Part shown: piece by piece, positions 33,641 through 44,033 of the stretch
Layout of the letters: every line of letters begins with the position of its first letter
How positions within the stretch are numbered: position 1 is the stretch's first letter
DNA from: an uncultured Acidimicrobiales bacterium
GTDB taxonomy: Bacteria > Actinomycetota > Acidimicrobiia > Acidimicrobiales > UBA8190
Assembly (NCBI GenBank): GCA_963846125.1
Contig: CAWJUR010000001.1
Span: 182,835-246,834 of the forward strand
Direction: 5' to 3'
DNA length: 64,000 bases
Notes under the pieces: model-generated
Database searches by the model: none
Told to the model about the DNA's origin: nothing
What the model saw: the letters and a program-made list of their open reading frames with translations, nothing else
Made by a program: the position numbers and the translations under genes

Positions 33641-34147
33641 TCAGGCTTCGGGCAGCGCCCAGTTGCGATCGGGGTGCTGTGGGGGCACATTCATGGGCTC
33701 TCGAGGCACCCACCCGCTTGCTTCCAGGTCTTCGAGAACGTGGACCATGTTGTAGGTGTCTTCCTCGTAACAGAACTTTCCGTCGCCGGCGTAACGCAGC
33801 CGGGAGTAGGCGGACTGCGTGTAGGGAGTCCCATCGGCTCGGGCGCCAGGAATGACCTGGGTCCATTTCACGATGACGTCGTCCCCCTCGATGGCCGTGA
33901 ACTCCACCGGGAACTTCCAGTCGCCCAAGCCCACCATGGAGTGCTCCAGCCAGTGGGCGATGGCCTTCTTGCCTTCGATCCGACCCCACGCCCCATCGAC
34001 GTATACGGCGTCGTCGGTGTAGAAATCGGCCAGGGCTCCGAAGCCCTTTGGCTCGTGACCGTCGTCGATCCGACGACGCAACTCGTGATAGCGGTCCACA
34101 ACGGCCTGGATCTCTTCACGCGGATGGGGTTGGGAATTGGAAGTCAT
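33641..34147 (-). CDS. SnoaL/NTF2-like family protein
   Basis: EEIQAVVDRYHELRRRID...FYTDDAVYVD...GKKAIAHWLE matches the NTF2-like pattern. Confidence 0.7.
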   Translation of the reverse strand: MTSNSQPHPREEIQAVVDRYHELRRRIDDGHEPKGFGALADFYTDDAVYVDGAWGRIEGKKAIAHWLEHSMVGLGDWKFPVEFTAIEGDDVIVKWTQVIPGARADGTPYTQSAYSRLRYAGDGKFCYEEDTYNMVHVLEDLEASGWVPREPMNVPPQHPDRNWALPEA

Positions 34148-34291
34148 CCGGAGACGGTAGCCTGGGACCGGTGAAGCTGTCGGAGGGAACGTGGAACGGT
34201 CCCCTTGCCCGCTACCGCGGCATGAACAGAACCGCCTGCCATGGGCGAGTTACCAGTTAGGCCACCGATCTTCCTTCTGCAGGGTGGCTTT

Positions 34292-34741
34292 CTAGTTGTG
34301 CGTCGCCCTGAGCACCTCGAACGGTCGGCCAGAGTGGCGCGGAAGGCCTCCCTCCGAACGCCCCAGTGTCGAAGCTACGGTCTGCAAAAGTCGCTCGGGA
34401 GGGACCGGCTTTTCAAGGTACGTCACGACCTTGCCTTCCACACGTGCGCGTGTGACCTCATCGAGGGAGTGAGCGGAGACGAGCACCACGAGCTGGGGTG
34501 CGGTGAGAGCTTCAAGTACCGAGAGGCCATCCACGCGCGGCATTCTCAAATCGAGGAGCACCACGCCGACCGATTGTTGACCAAGAAATCGGAGTGCCAC
34601 ATCCCCATCCGAAGCCACCGCCACGGAGTAGCCAGAACCCCGAAGGATCTCGGCCGCGGTGGACCGAATCGCCTCGTCGTCGTCGACCACCAGCACATCG
34701 ACGCTGCGGAGTTGATCACGAGACTCTGGTCGCACGCTCAT
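34292..34741 (-). CDS. Stand-alone response-regulator receiver protein (CheY-like, no output domain)
   Basis: VLVVDDDEAIR, the phospho-acceptor LLDLRMPRVDG, LVSAH and LEKPV. I chose ATG 34741. The ORF track extends to 34858. Confidence 0.8.
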   Translation of the reverse strand: MSVRPESRDQLRSVDVLVVDDDEAIRSTAAEILRGSGYSVAVASDGDVALRFLGQQSVGVVLLDLRMPRVDGLSVLEALTAPQLVVLVSAHSLDEVTRARVEGKVVTYLEKPVPPERLLQTVASTLGRSEGGLPRHSGRPFEVLRATHN

Positions 34742-35139
34742 CGCGGCCCCTTTGACGTCTTCTGGGGAGGCGCGCTCTGCACCCACATCATCGATTATCG
34801 ACCTCCGTCGTGCCTGGTGAGACGGGGAGATCACCTGCGTCGCCCCGAGTGATACCACCGGACCCCGGGCTGCGCCCTGACCGCGACCCTGGCGTTGTCG
34901 TCAGCGCACCCCTGAGAATCCCGAGGCACGGGGCCGGGGGCGCCCATGACGCCCACGCCGGCAAATCAGCGAATTGACGTCTCACCTCGATCTGAGTCGA
35001 CGAAGGCCAGACCCCCTTCCCTGCCGGCGCGTGGTCAGTCGGTCGGCGCTCCCGGGTTCGGGGGTGCTCGTATCTCGCCTGGTCCAGCCGCCACTCGTTA
35101 GGGTGACGGCGTCCTGACCTGGTGCCACAAGGAGGCCCG

Positions 35140-37257
35140 ATGCGCCGGATCGCGGAGTTCGTACTTCATCACCGCAGACTGGTGCTCGTCGGTTGGCTCT
35201 TGATCGTGATCGCCGGAATCGCACTGACGCCGCAGACCAACAAACGCCTGGTCATCGACTTCTCGATCCCCGGTCAGCCGGGAACCCAGACTGCGAACAC
35301 GATTGACGCCGAATTCAAATCGGGAGGCAAGACAGCCCCCTATCTCCTCTCATTGACGCTGCCGCCCGGACAGACTGTGACCGGTCATCAGCAAGAGGCC
35401 GCCCATGCGTTCACCTCGGTAGCCCAGGAGGTGCCACAGACGCGCGTGGTCGATGAAGCGAACACCGGCGACAGGTTCTTTCGGACGAAGGACGACCAGA
35501 CCGCCTTCGCGCTGCTCTACTACCGGTTCCAGCACGACCCGACCGCCAAATTGCCCACCGATGCCATCAAGGCTGCTCTGACAACAGCTGCGCCACCGGG
35601 AGCCACGATCGGAGTTACCGGCGAGGATGCACTCGCCACGGGAAATTCCTCGAGCGGGGGGCCCGGGGTGCTGGCTGAAGTTGCTCTCGGCGCCGTTGGC
35701 GCCTTGGCAGTTTTGGCGTTCGTGTTCGCCTCGTTCCTGGCCTTCCTGCCATTGGTAGTCGCGGCCGCTTCGATCCTGACGACATTCATTCTGCTGTTTC
35801 CCTTGACCTATCTCACCGATGTGTCGTTCATCGTCGAATTTCTGGTGGCACTCATCGGTCTGGGCGTGGCGATCGACTACTCGCTGATCCTCGTCACTCG
35901 TTGGCGCGAAGAACGAGATCACGGTCGCGAGAATCACGATGCCATCGTCATCGCCATGGAGAGTGCAGGGCGGGCGGTTGTATTCAGCGGCATCACGGTG
36001 GCAATCGGACTTCTGGCGCTTGTGGTCCTTCCGGTGCCTTTCATGCGAAGCATTGGGATCGGTGGGGCGCTCATTCCGCTGGCCAGCGTGCTCACGACCC
36101 TCACGCTCACTCCTGCCATCCTGGGCGGGATCGGCCCGAAGGTCGACTGGCCCAAGATCAGACACGAGAACCGCGCCAGCCGGGCCTGGAGCGGATGGGC
36201 ACGTGGCGTCGTGCGCCATCGGTTCATCGCGGCCGGGGTCGCACTGCTGGCTCTCGGACTGTTGTTTGCCTCCTTCCTCGGCATCAAGATCGGACTGGCC
36301 TCGTCGGAGTCCTTGGCAAAGAACGGGCCGGCGTTCACAGCCCTGCATGCCCTGGAGAGCAAGGGGGCTCCGACGGGTGCACTTACGCCGATGGAAGTCT
36401 TGGTTGACACCCCGCGTGCCCAGTCGGTGGCAGCGGTCATTCGACACGTCTCGGGAGTCGATCAAGTTGTGGTCGCCTCCGGCCAGACGGCAGACGGGCA
36501 CAGCATCGTCGTGGCAATCCCGAATTCTGAGACCGTCAACTCCTCGTCGATCGAGCCTGTCCGTAGGGTGAAGGACGCGACGACAGGCCTGCCCGGGGTC
36601 ATCGGCGTGGCCGGGGTGGGGGCGGACCAGATCGACTTCCTGAAGGCCGTTTACGGGAACTTCCCCATCATGTTGGCCGTAATCGCCGTCTTGACCCTCT
36701 TGCTCCTCGCACGCGCCTTCCGGTCGATCGTGTTGCCGATCAAGGCCGTGGTTCTCAATCTCGTGACCTTGTCAGCGACATTGGGCTTCATGGTCTTGTT
36801 CTGGCAATACGGTCATGGGTCGACCGCGATCTTCGGCGTGCACGCCACTGGAGCCGTGACCTTCTGGATACCGCTGATGGTTTTTGCGTTCCTCTTCGGG
36901 CTGTCGATGGACTACGAAGTGTTCATCCTCTCGCGCATCCGAGAGGAGTACGACCGATCAGGCTCCACCGACGGAGCTGTCGTCGAGGGTATCGGGCGCA
37001 CTGGTCGTCTGGTCACGAGCGCCGCCTTGATCCTGTTCCTGGCATTTGTGGCTCTTGCCTCGGGTCCCGGGACTGACCTGAAAACGTTTGCCACCGCACT
37101 CGGCTTCGGAATTCTCTTGGATGCGACCATCGTACGATCGATGCTCGTCCCCGCCCTCGTGTCGATGCTCGGCAACTGGAACTGGTGGCTCCCCCGGTGG
37201 GCGGCTCGCCTGCTGCGGATTCCCGCTTCAAGTCGCCAACTGGAAACGGTGCCGTGA
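35140..37257 (+). CDS. mmpL: MMPL-family RND transporter
   Basis: 12-TM two-lobe architecture with MMPL motifs (AIDYSLILVTRWREE, GLSMDYEVFILSRIREEY). ATG 35140 has AAGGAGG 5 nt upstream. The ORF track starts at GTG 35122. Confidence 0.92.
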   Translation: MRRIAEFVLHHRRLVLVGWLLIVIAGIALTPQTNKRLVIDFSIPGQPGTQTANTIDAEFKSGGKTAPYLLSLTLPPGQTVTGHQQEAAHAFTSVAQEVPQTRVVDEANTGDRFFRTKDDQTAFALLYYRFQHDPTAKLPTDAIKAALTTAAPPGATIGVTGEDALATGNSSSGGPGVLAEVALGAVGALAVLAFVFASFLAFLPLVVAAASILTTFILLFPLTYLTDVSFIVEFLVALIGLGVAIDYSLILVTRWREERDHGRENHDAIVIAMESAGRAVVFSGITVAIGLLALVVLPVPFMRSIGIGGALIPLASVLTTLTLTPAILGGIGPKVDWPKIRHENRASRAWSGWARGVVRHRFIAAGVALLALGLLFASFLGIKIGLASSESLAKNGPAFTALHALESKGAPTGALTPMEVLVDTPRAQSVAAVIRHVSGVDQVVVASGQTADGHSIVVAIPNSETVNSSSIEPVRRVKDATTGLPGVIGVAGVGADQIDFLKAVYGNFPIMLAVIAVLTLLLLARAFRSIVLPIKAVVLNLVTLSATLGFMVLFWQYGHGSTAIFGVHATGAVTFWIPLMVFAFLFGLSMDYEVFILSRIREEYDRSGSTDGAVVEGIGRTGRLVTSAALILFLAFVALASGPGTDLKTFATALGFGILLDATIVRSMLVPALVSMLGNWNWWLPRWAARLLRIPASSRQLETVP

Positions 37258-37432
37258 GGGACCAAGTCGAGAGTGCCTGATCGGGCGCCGAAGCACGAGT
37301 TGGTCTCGTCGGGTCGGGGGCTGCACGCGAGATGTCCACGCACCATTCATTCGACGGTTCCCATTTCGTTCCACGGCGTTCAACTCCATCCTTTACCGTG
37401 CCCATGTGGTCATCGAACACCAGCCAGTCCAG

Positions 37433-37888
37433 ATGCGAGTTATCCCCGGCTCGGGGTCGAGGGTCCACTCGTCACGCAGAACAGGCCGAAGGTACCCGCT
37501 GGCCCGGACTCCCCGACGAACCATTCTCTACATCGGTTCCGACCAAGAATGCCGAATCATGCTCTCTCGAATCGTTCGACGCATGGAGAATGTCCAACTG
37601 GTCGTAGCCGACAGCGGGCGCGAGGGTCGGCTCGCTGCTTTCGCCCGAACTCCGATGCTCATCTTGCTCGACACCCGCTTGCCTGATTGCGACGCTCAGG
37701 ACCTGATGGCATTCTTCAGTCGTGCCGCTCTCAGGGCCCCAGCACCAGTGGCAGTCCTGTCAGGCGACGAGAACGAGAGATTGCGGTTCATTCGAGCTGG
37801 CGCGGTGGCTTGGATGACCAAACCTCTGAGAATCAATGACGTCGAACGATCGCTGCTGCGATTGCTCGACCTCTTCTCTGTACGGTAA
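37433..37888 (+). CDS. Stand-alone response-regulator receiver protein (no output domain)
   Basis: Lies within ORF 37088..37888. Motifs are ILYIGSD, the phospho-acceptor LILLDTRLPDCDA, VAVLSGD and MTKPL. The start is uncertain and ATG 37433 was chosen. Confidence 0.65.
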   Translation: MRVIPGSGSRVHSSRRTGRRYPLARTPRRTILYIGSDQECRIMLSRIVRRMENVQLVVADSGREGRLAAFARTPMLILLDTRLPDCDAQDLMAFFSRAALRAPAPVAVLSGDENERLRFIRAGAVAWMTKPLRINDVERSLLRLLDLFSVR

Positions 37889-37905
37889 GCAACAAGATCC
37901 GGGTC

Positions 37906-38187
37906 TCAAACGGTGCGAGCTACCCAGAATCCAGGAGCCGTCTCGCGCCATGCGGCGCGTGGCGTGAGCTCCTCGACGACACTCATGGCTTCCTGGAGCG
38001 AATGACAGCCAAGAGTGAAATTGCTTCCCACGACCGTGCAAGTCTTGTCGACACACTCGATGACGACTGCGGTGATTCCATCCCGAGCTTTGCTCGGCTT
38101 TCGAGCAATCCGCACATTTCGAGACCGAATCGTCTCAATCGTGACGTCGGAGTCTTGTCCCATGGAGGAATCGTCGGCAACAACCAT
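37906..38187 (-). CDS. Hypothetical protein (93 aa)
   Basis: ATG ORF in the AT-richer patch. I recognise no family. Confidence 0.35.
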   Translation of the reverse strand: MVVADDSSMGQDSDVTIETIRSRNVRIARKPSKARDGITAVVIECVDKTCTVVGSNFTLGCHSLQEAMSVVEELTPRAAWRETAPGFWVARTV

Positions 38188-38868
38188 GAAGCCGCTTGAA
38201 TGGTTTCACTCCTTGTAAAGACCAACTTCGGTCAGTGGTCATGTCCGTCACGCGCTTGTCACACTTCGTTCACAAGATTCAAGCTTGGCGGTCCTTCTTG
38301 CGTGAGTCGGGCGATCGCCATTCTGGGCCGATCGTCCGGGGAGCGGTCTCGGTTCCCGGCGAAGAGTCTTTCGATTCGTCGCTTCATCCCCTCACAACTC
38401 ATCGGTTCCTCTCTTCGTTCTCGCCCAGGGTTGTTCTCGGGACGTGCTTCGCCCTCATCCGGATGAGGGATATTGGAAGGAGACGCCGTAGTCCCGGTGT
38501 CGAGGTCGCTTCGAAACAGATCCGCCGGCTGACAACGAGGCGTGGTGTCGTCGTGGACAAGCCTGCAGTAAGTGCTGAAGACCAGACCGAGTACCGACCC
38601 TCGGGAGCAACGGCACCTGTCTGCGGATGACAGCCGTCACAGCCACCTGGCCGAATGGGCCCAATGGGCCGCAATGGGCCCGCGGCAGGCTCGCCGAGCG
38701 AGCGGCACCGACATCATCTTCGGGGTTGGAAATGAGCCCTTTTGGCTTCAGTTGACGCAAAGTTGGTCAGGTGAGGACCCAGAAATTGATCCGCTGGGGC
38801 CAGGATCAGAGACTCGAGCGCGTATTACAAGCCAGGGTCTTGTGGCCAGGACGCAGGGAGGAGGGAAC

Positions 38869-39788
38869 CATGCGGCTCTTCAAAGGCGAGAAGTCTGACG
38901 ATTCGGTCTCGGAGAACAAGGGGGAGAACCCCAGCGAAGGTCGCGAGGAAACGCGGCCGCAGCCTCAGACAACGACTCCCACCGCTTCCCTGGCTGACTA
39001 CAACGCCTCCATGCCGGCGGCGTGGTATCCCGACCCAGACGATCCTTCGGCACTCCGATACTGGGACGGCGCGAGATGGGCCGAGCGAACCCAACCTCTC
39101 CCGCCCCCTCCCCCTCCGCCAGTCGCCGATGTGGTCACTGCTCCGTCCCCTGAGGTTGCCGGATCGGCGATTGCGCATAGCACCACCCCCGAGGCAACCC
39201 CGAATGGCGACAAAGTCGCCGCGGCCGCCGAGGCGACCGGAGACTCTCAAGACGAGGCTCCGAGGGACGTGAATCTTTGGGTCGGTGCGACCAAAACGGC
39301 GGTGGCAAATGCACTGGCCGTCGGCACTCCCGAAGCGTGGCTGAATGCGGCGCAAGCCGCCGTCGTGGTCGCCGAAATGGCTCACACCATGCAGATGGCA
39401 GCTCACGCCCGGCAGATCGCCGAGCAAGCGACGCAGGGCGCCCAGGTGGCAAGGCAAGAAGCTCAGCTGCTGACCGAAGCTGTCACTCAGGCGATCCGGA
39501 CCGCCGAGCAGACGGCGCAGGCCGCTGAAGTGGCTGCTCGAGAAGACGCGTGACGCTGCCAATGCAGCTACCAGCGCGAAGCAAAAGGCTGAACAAATGG
39601 CTGAGGCAGCCCCGAAAGCTATCGATGGAGCCCAGGTTGCGTCGGAGGCGGCCGCCACCGCCAGAGCCAAGGCAGAACAGCTGGAAAAGGAAGTTGCGCG
39701 GGCGGGTCAAGCCAATACGCCAGAAGCCTGGAATCAAGCCTTGCGAAGCGTGACCGCAGCATGGGGGAAAAAGACCGGCCAACCCTAG
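38869..39788 (+). CDS. DUF2510-containing Ala/Gln-rich coiled-coil protein, one frame break near 39545
   Basis: ATG 38869 has GGAGGAGGG upstream. The DUF2510 module is AAWYPDPDDPSALRYWDGARWAER, followed by a proline run and a long A/Q-rich helix. After AAEVAARE the sequence continues in the frame of ORF 39597..39788 (KTRDAANAATSAKQKAEQMAEAAP...). Confidence 0.7.
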
Positions 39789-39908
39789 CTGTCGTTCCTA
39801 CCTCGTGATCCGAGGTTCGACACGACACATCGGGAAGCGCACCGTTCGTCGCAACGCTGCACGGCCTGGATCATCGCATTGAACGGCAGTGGCCTCCGAA
39901 GCGGATCC

Positions 39909-40202
39909 CTACGTACAGGGGCCTTTCGACGAGAGATTGTTGTCTTGAATGTCGTCTGGTTTCGTACGAATGGTCTTGAAGCCACATTTGCATTTGTACC
40001 GTTTGACGGGAGCTCGCCTCCCCTGGTCGTCCTCGGAAAAGAAGTGATGGTAACCAAGTTTGATTTCCCGCCGCATATCCTTGGCCGGGAGTAGCCTCCC
40101 CATGCCGCCGGTCACGGGACGAACGAATGCCTGATAGATGTGGCTGTGCTGTGGGTCACCGCCACTGGCACGGTCGACACATTTCACCAAGTAGTCAGTC
40201 AT
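39909..40202 (-). CDS. DUF3892 domain protein
   Basis: A 97-aa ORF. The HIYQAFV...GYHHFFSEDDQGRRAPV...IRTKPDDIQDNNLSS pattern resembles DUF3892. Confidence 0.6.
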   Translation of the reverse strand: MTDYLVKCVDRASGGDPQHSHIYQAFVRPVTGGMGRLLPAKDMRREIKLGYHHFFSEDDQGRRAPVKRYKCKCGFKTIRTKPDDIQDNNLSSKGPCT

Positions 40203-40632
40203 CGAAGTCCTGAGTTGAGGGCGCTCGCTGCGACGAATTTTACTTGCTCATTCCTCCGAACTTCGGGCCAGAACGACGCTGTTTTCTGGTGGTGAGCGGG
40301 CGAGTCCTGCGACTGGGTCATTGCACATGACCGGAGCAGAAGGCTCGAGCTGACCGCTGACTACCGAGGGTCGTCGGTGTCATCGTGGCGAGGCCCCTCA
40401 GGAGTCAGGGCGATCATCGAGCCATGGTGGCGGCCACGCTGTCCGAACTACGCCTTGGTCTCGGGTTGTGTCCAGATCAACTCGATGTGACTAACGAAAG
40501 ACCCGGCAACACGAGGTCGATCGGGCCGCCACCGAACACCCGGTAGGCGCGGCCGTCTGGGCCACGAGCTGAGAATAGGTCAGAGCCCTGAGCCCGTGGC
40601 ACAATCGGTGCAACCGACAGAGGGAGACCTAC

Positions 40633-41193
40633 GTGGCCTCGGTAACGGTCTTTGTTGACGATGCGGTCCTTGGACGACTTCCACCCGTCTGCGTTAAGGA
40701 CGGGATATGGACCGATGATCGGCTCACCTTCACGCAGGACGTCGGCGGACGTACCGGCTTGGGCGTGGCCTGGCTGCTCGTGTTAGCAGGTCCCCTGGGA
40801 TGGATCGGCCTCTTTATCATTGCGGCGACCAGACAGAATACAGAGCTACTCACGGTGACGTTGCCGTACGGCGAAGCTGCGCACCTTCGATTGAGCCAGG
40901 CGCAGCGGACACGCTCGCAGACGACGGTCCTCATGTTGGGCGCCTTGGTGGCAGCGTTCGTGGCACTCCTGTTTCGGACAACAGATTCGAGATTGCTGGC
41001 TTTAGCCTTGGCCATCGTGGTGGTCGGGGCCCTGATCAAGGCGATCATCGAGACGCGCACCGTCAACAAGGCGATGGTTCGTCTGTCATTGGATGCGTCT
41101 CGTCGATGGGTCACGTTGTCGGGCGTTCACCCGGACTTCGAAGCAGCGATCCACCGCGACGGACATCAGGTATCCAGAACTCCCCTGACCTGA
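40633..41193 (+). CDS. Hypothetical membrane protein
   Basis: GTG start with AGAGGGAG upstream. Three predicted TM helices (GLGVAWLLVLAGPLGWIGLFIIAA, VLMLGALVAAFVALLF, LLALALAIVVVGALI). Confidence 0.6.
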   Translation: MASVTVFVDDAVLGRLPPVCVKDGIWTDDRLTFTQDVGGRTGLGVAWLLVLAGPLGWIGLFIIAATRQNTELLTVTLPYGEAAHLRLSQAQRTRSQTTVLMLGALVAAFVALLFRTTDSRLLALALAIVVVGALIKAIIETRTVNKAMVRLSLDASRRWVTLSGVHPDFEAAIHRDGHQVSRTPLT

Positions 41194-41374
41194 GCCCTCG
41201 ATCAAGGGCGAAGCAGGGCAACGGGTGCGTTGCGCCCGGAATGCCGGGGACGACCCAACGTTGACGACGGGTGTGAGACCCCCAGGCAAGACCCTCATTC
41301 TCCATAGGCCTCGGCTGCACGAACCTTCCATCCGCCATGGCCGGCACCAAGGGTGGCATGGGACGCTATAGGCC

Positions 41375-41629
41375 ATGTTCGAGCGTTTTACCGACCGTGC
41401 CCGCCGGGTCCTGGTGCTGGCCCAAGAGGAAGCACGCCAGATGAACCACGCTTTCATCGGTACCGAACACCTCCTCCTCGGCCTCATCCACGAGAGCGAC
41501 GGAGTTGCCGCCCTGGCTCTTGAACAACTCGGCCTCTCGCTAGAAGCCGCGCTGTGGGACATCCCTCTTGGCGTCCCACGCGCATCGCCTGACCCCTGGT
41601 CGTTCACAAGCCGCGGAAATGCGGATTGA
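41375..41629 (+). pseudogene. Truncated Clp_N relic (first repeat of a ClpC/ClpB-type N-domain only)
   Basis: MFERFTDRARRVLVLAQEEARQMNHAFIGTEHLLLGLIHESDGVAALALEQLGLSLEA closely resembles the ClpC N-terminus as I recall it. Similarity then stops and the ORF ends after 84 aa. No AAA+ domain follows. Confidence 0.75.
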
Positions 41630-41724
41630 GCACCAGGGAATCTAGAGTGACGCAGGGCGCCGGCGAGGCGACCCCGCCGCCAGCGTGACGGTGGCAGTGA
41701 GTGGGTATCGGAAAGGAACGAGGA

Positions 41725-42396
41725 ATGAGCGAGCCGCTTTTGGCAGTGGAACGAGAGGCTGTCGCGAGAGCGAGCCGCCATCTCGCCGAGACAGGGCTCG
41801 TTATCGGCACAGCTGGCAACATCTCTGCCCGTCAGGGGGACCTGATCGCGGTGACCCCTACAGGGGCGGACCTCGGCACTGTGACGGCGGAAATGGTCAC
41901 GATTATCGATCTGGATGGGAATGTCGTGGACGGTGCCCTTGCCCCCACGTCAGAGGTACCGCTTCACACCGGCATCTATGCAGCGACGAATGCCTTGGCC
42001 ATAACCCACGCTCATGCGATGGCGTCTACCGCGCTGTCGTGCTGCCACGACGAGTTGCCCGCACTGCACTACAGCTGCTTGGGATTAGGAGGCGCTCCGC
42101 GCACGGCACCCTACGCCACCTTTGGCTCGCAGGAGCTGGCGGAGAATGTGATCAAAGCCCTCGAGGGACGGAATGCTGCCATGATGCAGAACCACGGCTC
42201 GATCGCGTACGGCGCAACAATGGATCAAGCAGTCGAACGGCTCGAGCTTCTTGAATGGCTGGCCGAGTTGTACTGGCGGGCGTCCTCCATGGGGACTCCA
42301 AGAGTGCTGACCGACAAGGACTTCGAAGCCATTATCACTGCAGCCATCGAGCGTGGATACGGGGCCCTGAAGAAAGTCGACAAGACTAAGGCGTAA
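41725..42396 (+). CDS. Class II aldolase/adducin-family protein (fuculose-phosphate aldolase-like)
   Basis: GLVIGTAGNISAR, SEVPLHTGIY, ITHAHAMAS and MQNHGSIAYG. ATG 41725 has GGAAAGGAACGAGGA upstream. Confidence 0.88.
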   Translation: MSEPLLAVEREAVARASRHLAETGLVIGTAGNISARQGDLIAVTPTGADLGTVTAEMVTIIDLDGNVVDGALAPTSEVPLHTGIYAATNALAITHAHAMASTALSCCHDELPALHYSCLGLGGAPRTAPYATFGSQELAENVIKALEGRNAAMMQNHGSIAYGATMDQAVERLELLEWLAELYWRASSMGTPRVLTDKDFEAIITAAIERGYGALKKVDKTKA

Positions 42397-42884
42397 ATCA
42401 CTCGAGTCCTCTTCACCGGCCGATACCCAACGGGCGCGCGCGACTACTTCCCTGCGATCGACTCCGAAGCTAACTCTGGAGACGACCCGGTGGGGGCGAG
42501 GGCTCGGTGGGAGGCGGTACCCAGAGCCCGACAGGCTCCGGCGTCGGGGTATCGACACTTCGCGCTCGCGGCGGCCGTTCGTGCGACCCTCCACGGAGAT
42601 GGCGAATACGCCAAAGGGCTCGTCGTGGGGCGTCGACAAGGGCGAGCAAGACGGCGCCTACAACGACCAGAGCTACACCGACTAGGAATGTCCATCCGAT
42701 ACCTCGAGTGTACGCGGAGGTTCCACGGGCCGCTTTGAGCGGACGTTCGGACGAGCTTGGGCACCTCGCTGACCGCTCATTTCACCGGCGTCGCTGCAAG
42801 AGATGACGTCTCGCTGTCGGCAGGAACTACCGGGTGCATCCCCGTCGGCGGAGGGTCACCAACGATCGGATGGGGCACATTCGC

Positions 42885-43904
42885 TCAAGCGCGTCGATCC
42901 CGGCTGGATTCGGGAATGGCACCCTCGACGTGGAGTCCATCCTTGCTGATCTGGATAGGTAACACCCTGTAGCTGGGGTCGAACCCGGCGACTCGATGTT
43001 CGAGTGCTTCTTTGGCCTCCGGGGTGGCGCTCAAGAATGTGACCGAGCCGCCTTCTCCGCCGGCGCCATTGACCTTCCACCCGATTGCCCCCTGCGCCGT
43101 CGCGACTTCGATCGCCCGCGATGCGTCAACGCCCACAAGCTCCGGATGGAGGCCCTTCTGGGCTTCGGTGTTGGCGATCAATGCTTGACCGAAGGCGTCG
43201 AGATCCCGGGCGAGAAGGGCGTCGCGCGCCGCAATCGCCGCATCACGTAACGGCGAGAACGACCGCGGGCCCCGACGCCGAACATTCTCGATGACCCGGC
43301 GGTGCACGTCAGATGAGTTGTGGGCTCGGCCCAGGAAGAGCAGCGTCAGACGGGGGCTGAGCTCATCCCACACGGGCAGCGTGTGAACCGTCGCCTCCGG
43401 GTACGGCTCAATTTCGATGTAGTTGATCCCACCGAACGCGGCGCTCAGCTGATCTTGGATCCCGCTCTCGGCACCCAAGACGTCGACCTCGAGGCGATGT
43501 GCGGCGTAGGCGATCTCACGTCGGGACGGCTGCTCGGACCGCAGTGCTGCCAGCGCGCCCAGCATCGCCACCGCGACCGACGCGGATGTACCGGTACCGC
43601 AACCAGCCGGTACGTGGGAGCTGACGCTCACCTCCACAGCGAAGGCTTTCGGAGGTGGAAGTGAGTCGATGGCAGCTTCCAGCAGCGGGTGACGAGCGAC
43701 CCGAGACTCGCCAGGCACGATGGAGTACCGATCTGCGAAGGTCTCGACGTCCAACACCACCAGGTCTGGTCCCGTGGTCGTGCGGATCGAGACCTCCACC
43801 CCCGGGGTCACTGCGATATTCAAGACCCGTCCCGGCCCGCCGAACCACGTATCGGTCCACCCACCGTTGTCACAGATCCGGACGGGAGCCGACGCCGTGA
43901 TCAC
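42885..43904 (-). CDS. GHMP-family sugar kinase (heptose/fucose kinase-like)
   Basis: APVRICDNGGWTD N-terminus, GHMP motif II SHVPAGCGTGTSASVAVAMLGAL, and the C-terminal KVNGAGGEGGSV. Confidence 0.85.
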   Translation of the reverse strand: MITASAPVRICDNGGWTDTWFGGPGRVLNIAVTPGVEVSIRTTTGPDLVVLDVETFADRYSIVPGESRVARHPLLEAAIDSLPPPKAFAVEVSVSSHVPAGCGTGTSASVAVAMLGALAALRSEQPSRREIAYAAHRLEVDVLGAESGIQDQLSAAFGGINYIEIEPYPEATVHTLPVWDELSPRLTLLFLGRAHNSSDVHRRVIENVRRRGPRSFSPLRDAAIAARDALLARDLDAFGQALIANTEAQKGLHPELVGVDASRAIEVATAQGAIGWKVNGAGGEGGSVTFLSATPEAKEALEHRVAGFDPSYRVLPIQISKDGLHVEGAIPESSRDRRA

Positions 43905-44033
43905 CAGGGGAGCTCTTCAATAGCGGTCATTGGCGCATACCCTCCTCCGAGACGTTGCGTTCGCAGTGCGAACCAATCCCACACCTACCGGTTGGCGTCG
44001 AGTGGCTATGTGCACCTCACACAAAGACCGAGA

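Noticed and set aside
42397-42884. A possible small membrane protein on the reverse strand (MSGQRGAQARPNVRSKRPVEPPRTLEV, then GIGWTFLVGVALVVVGAVLLALVDAP in another frame).
   Set aside because: It requires an assumed frameshift and has no independent support. ORF 42444..42764 in the third frame is Arg/Pro/Ser shadow.
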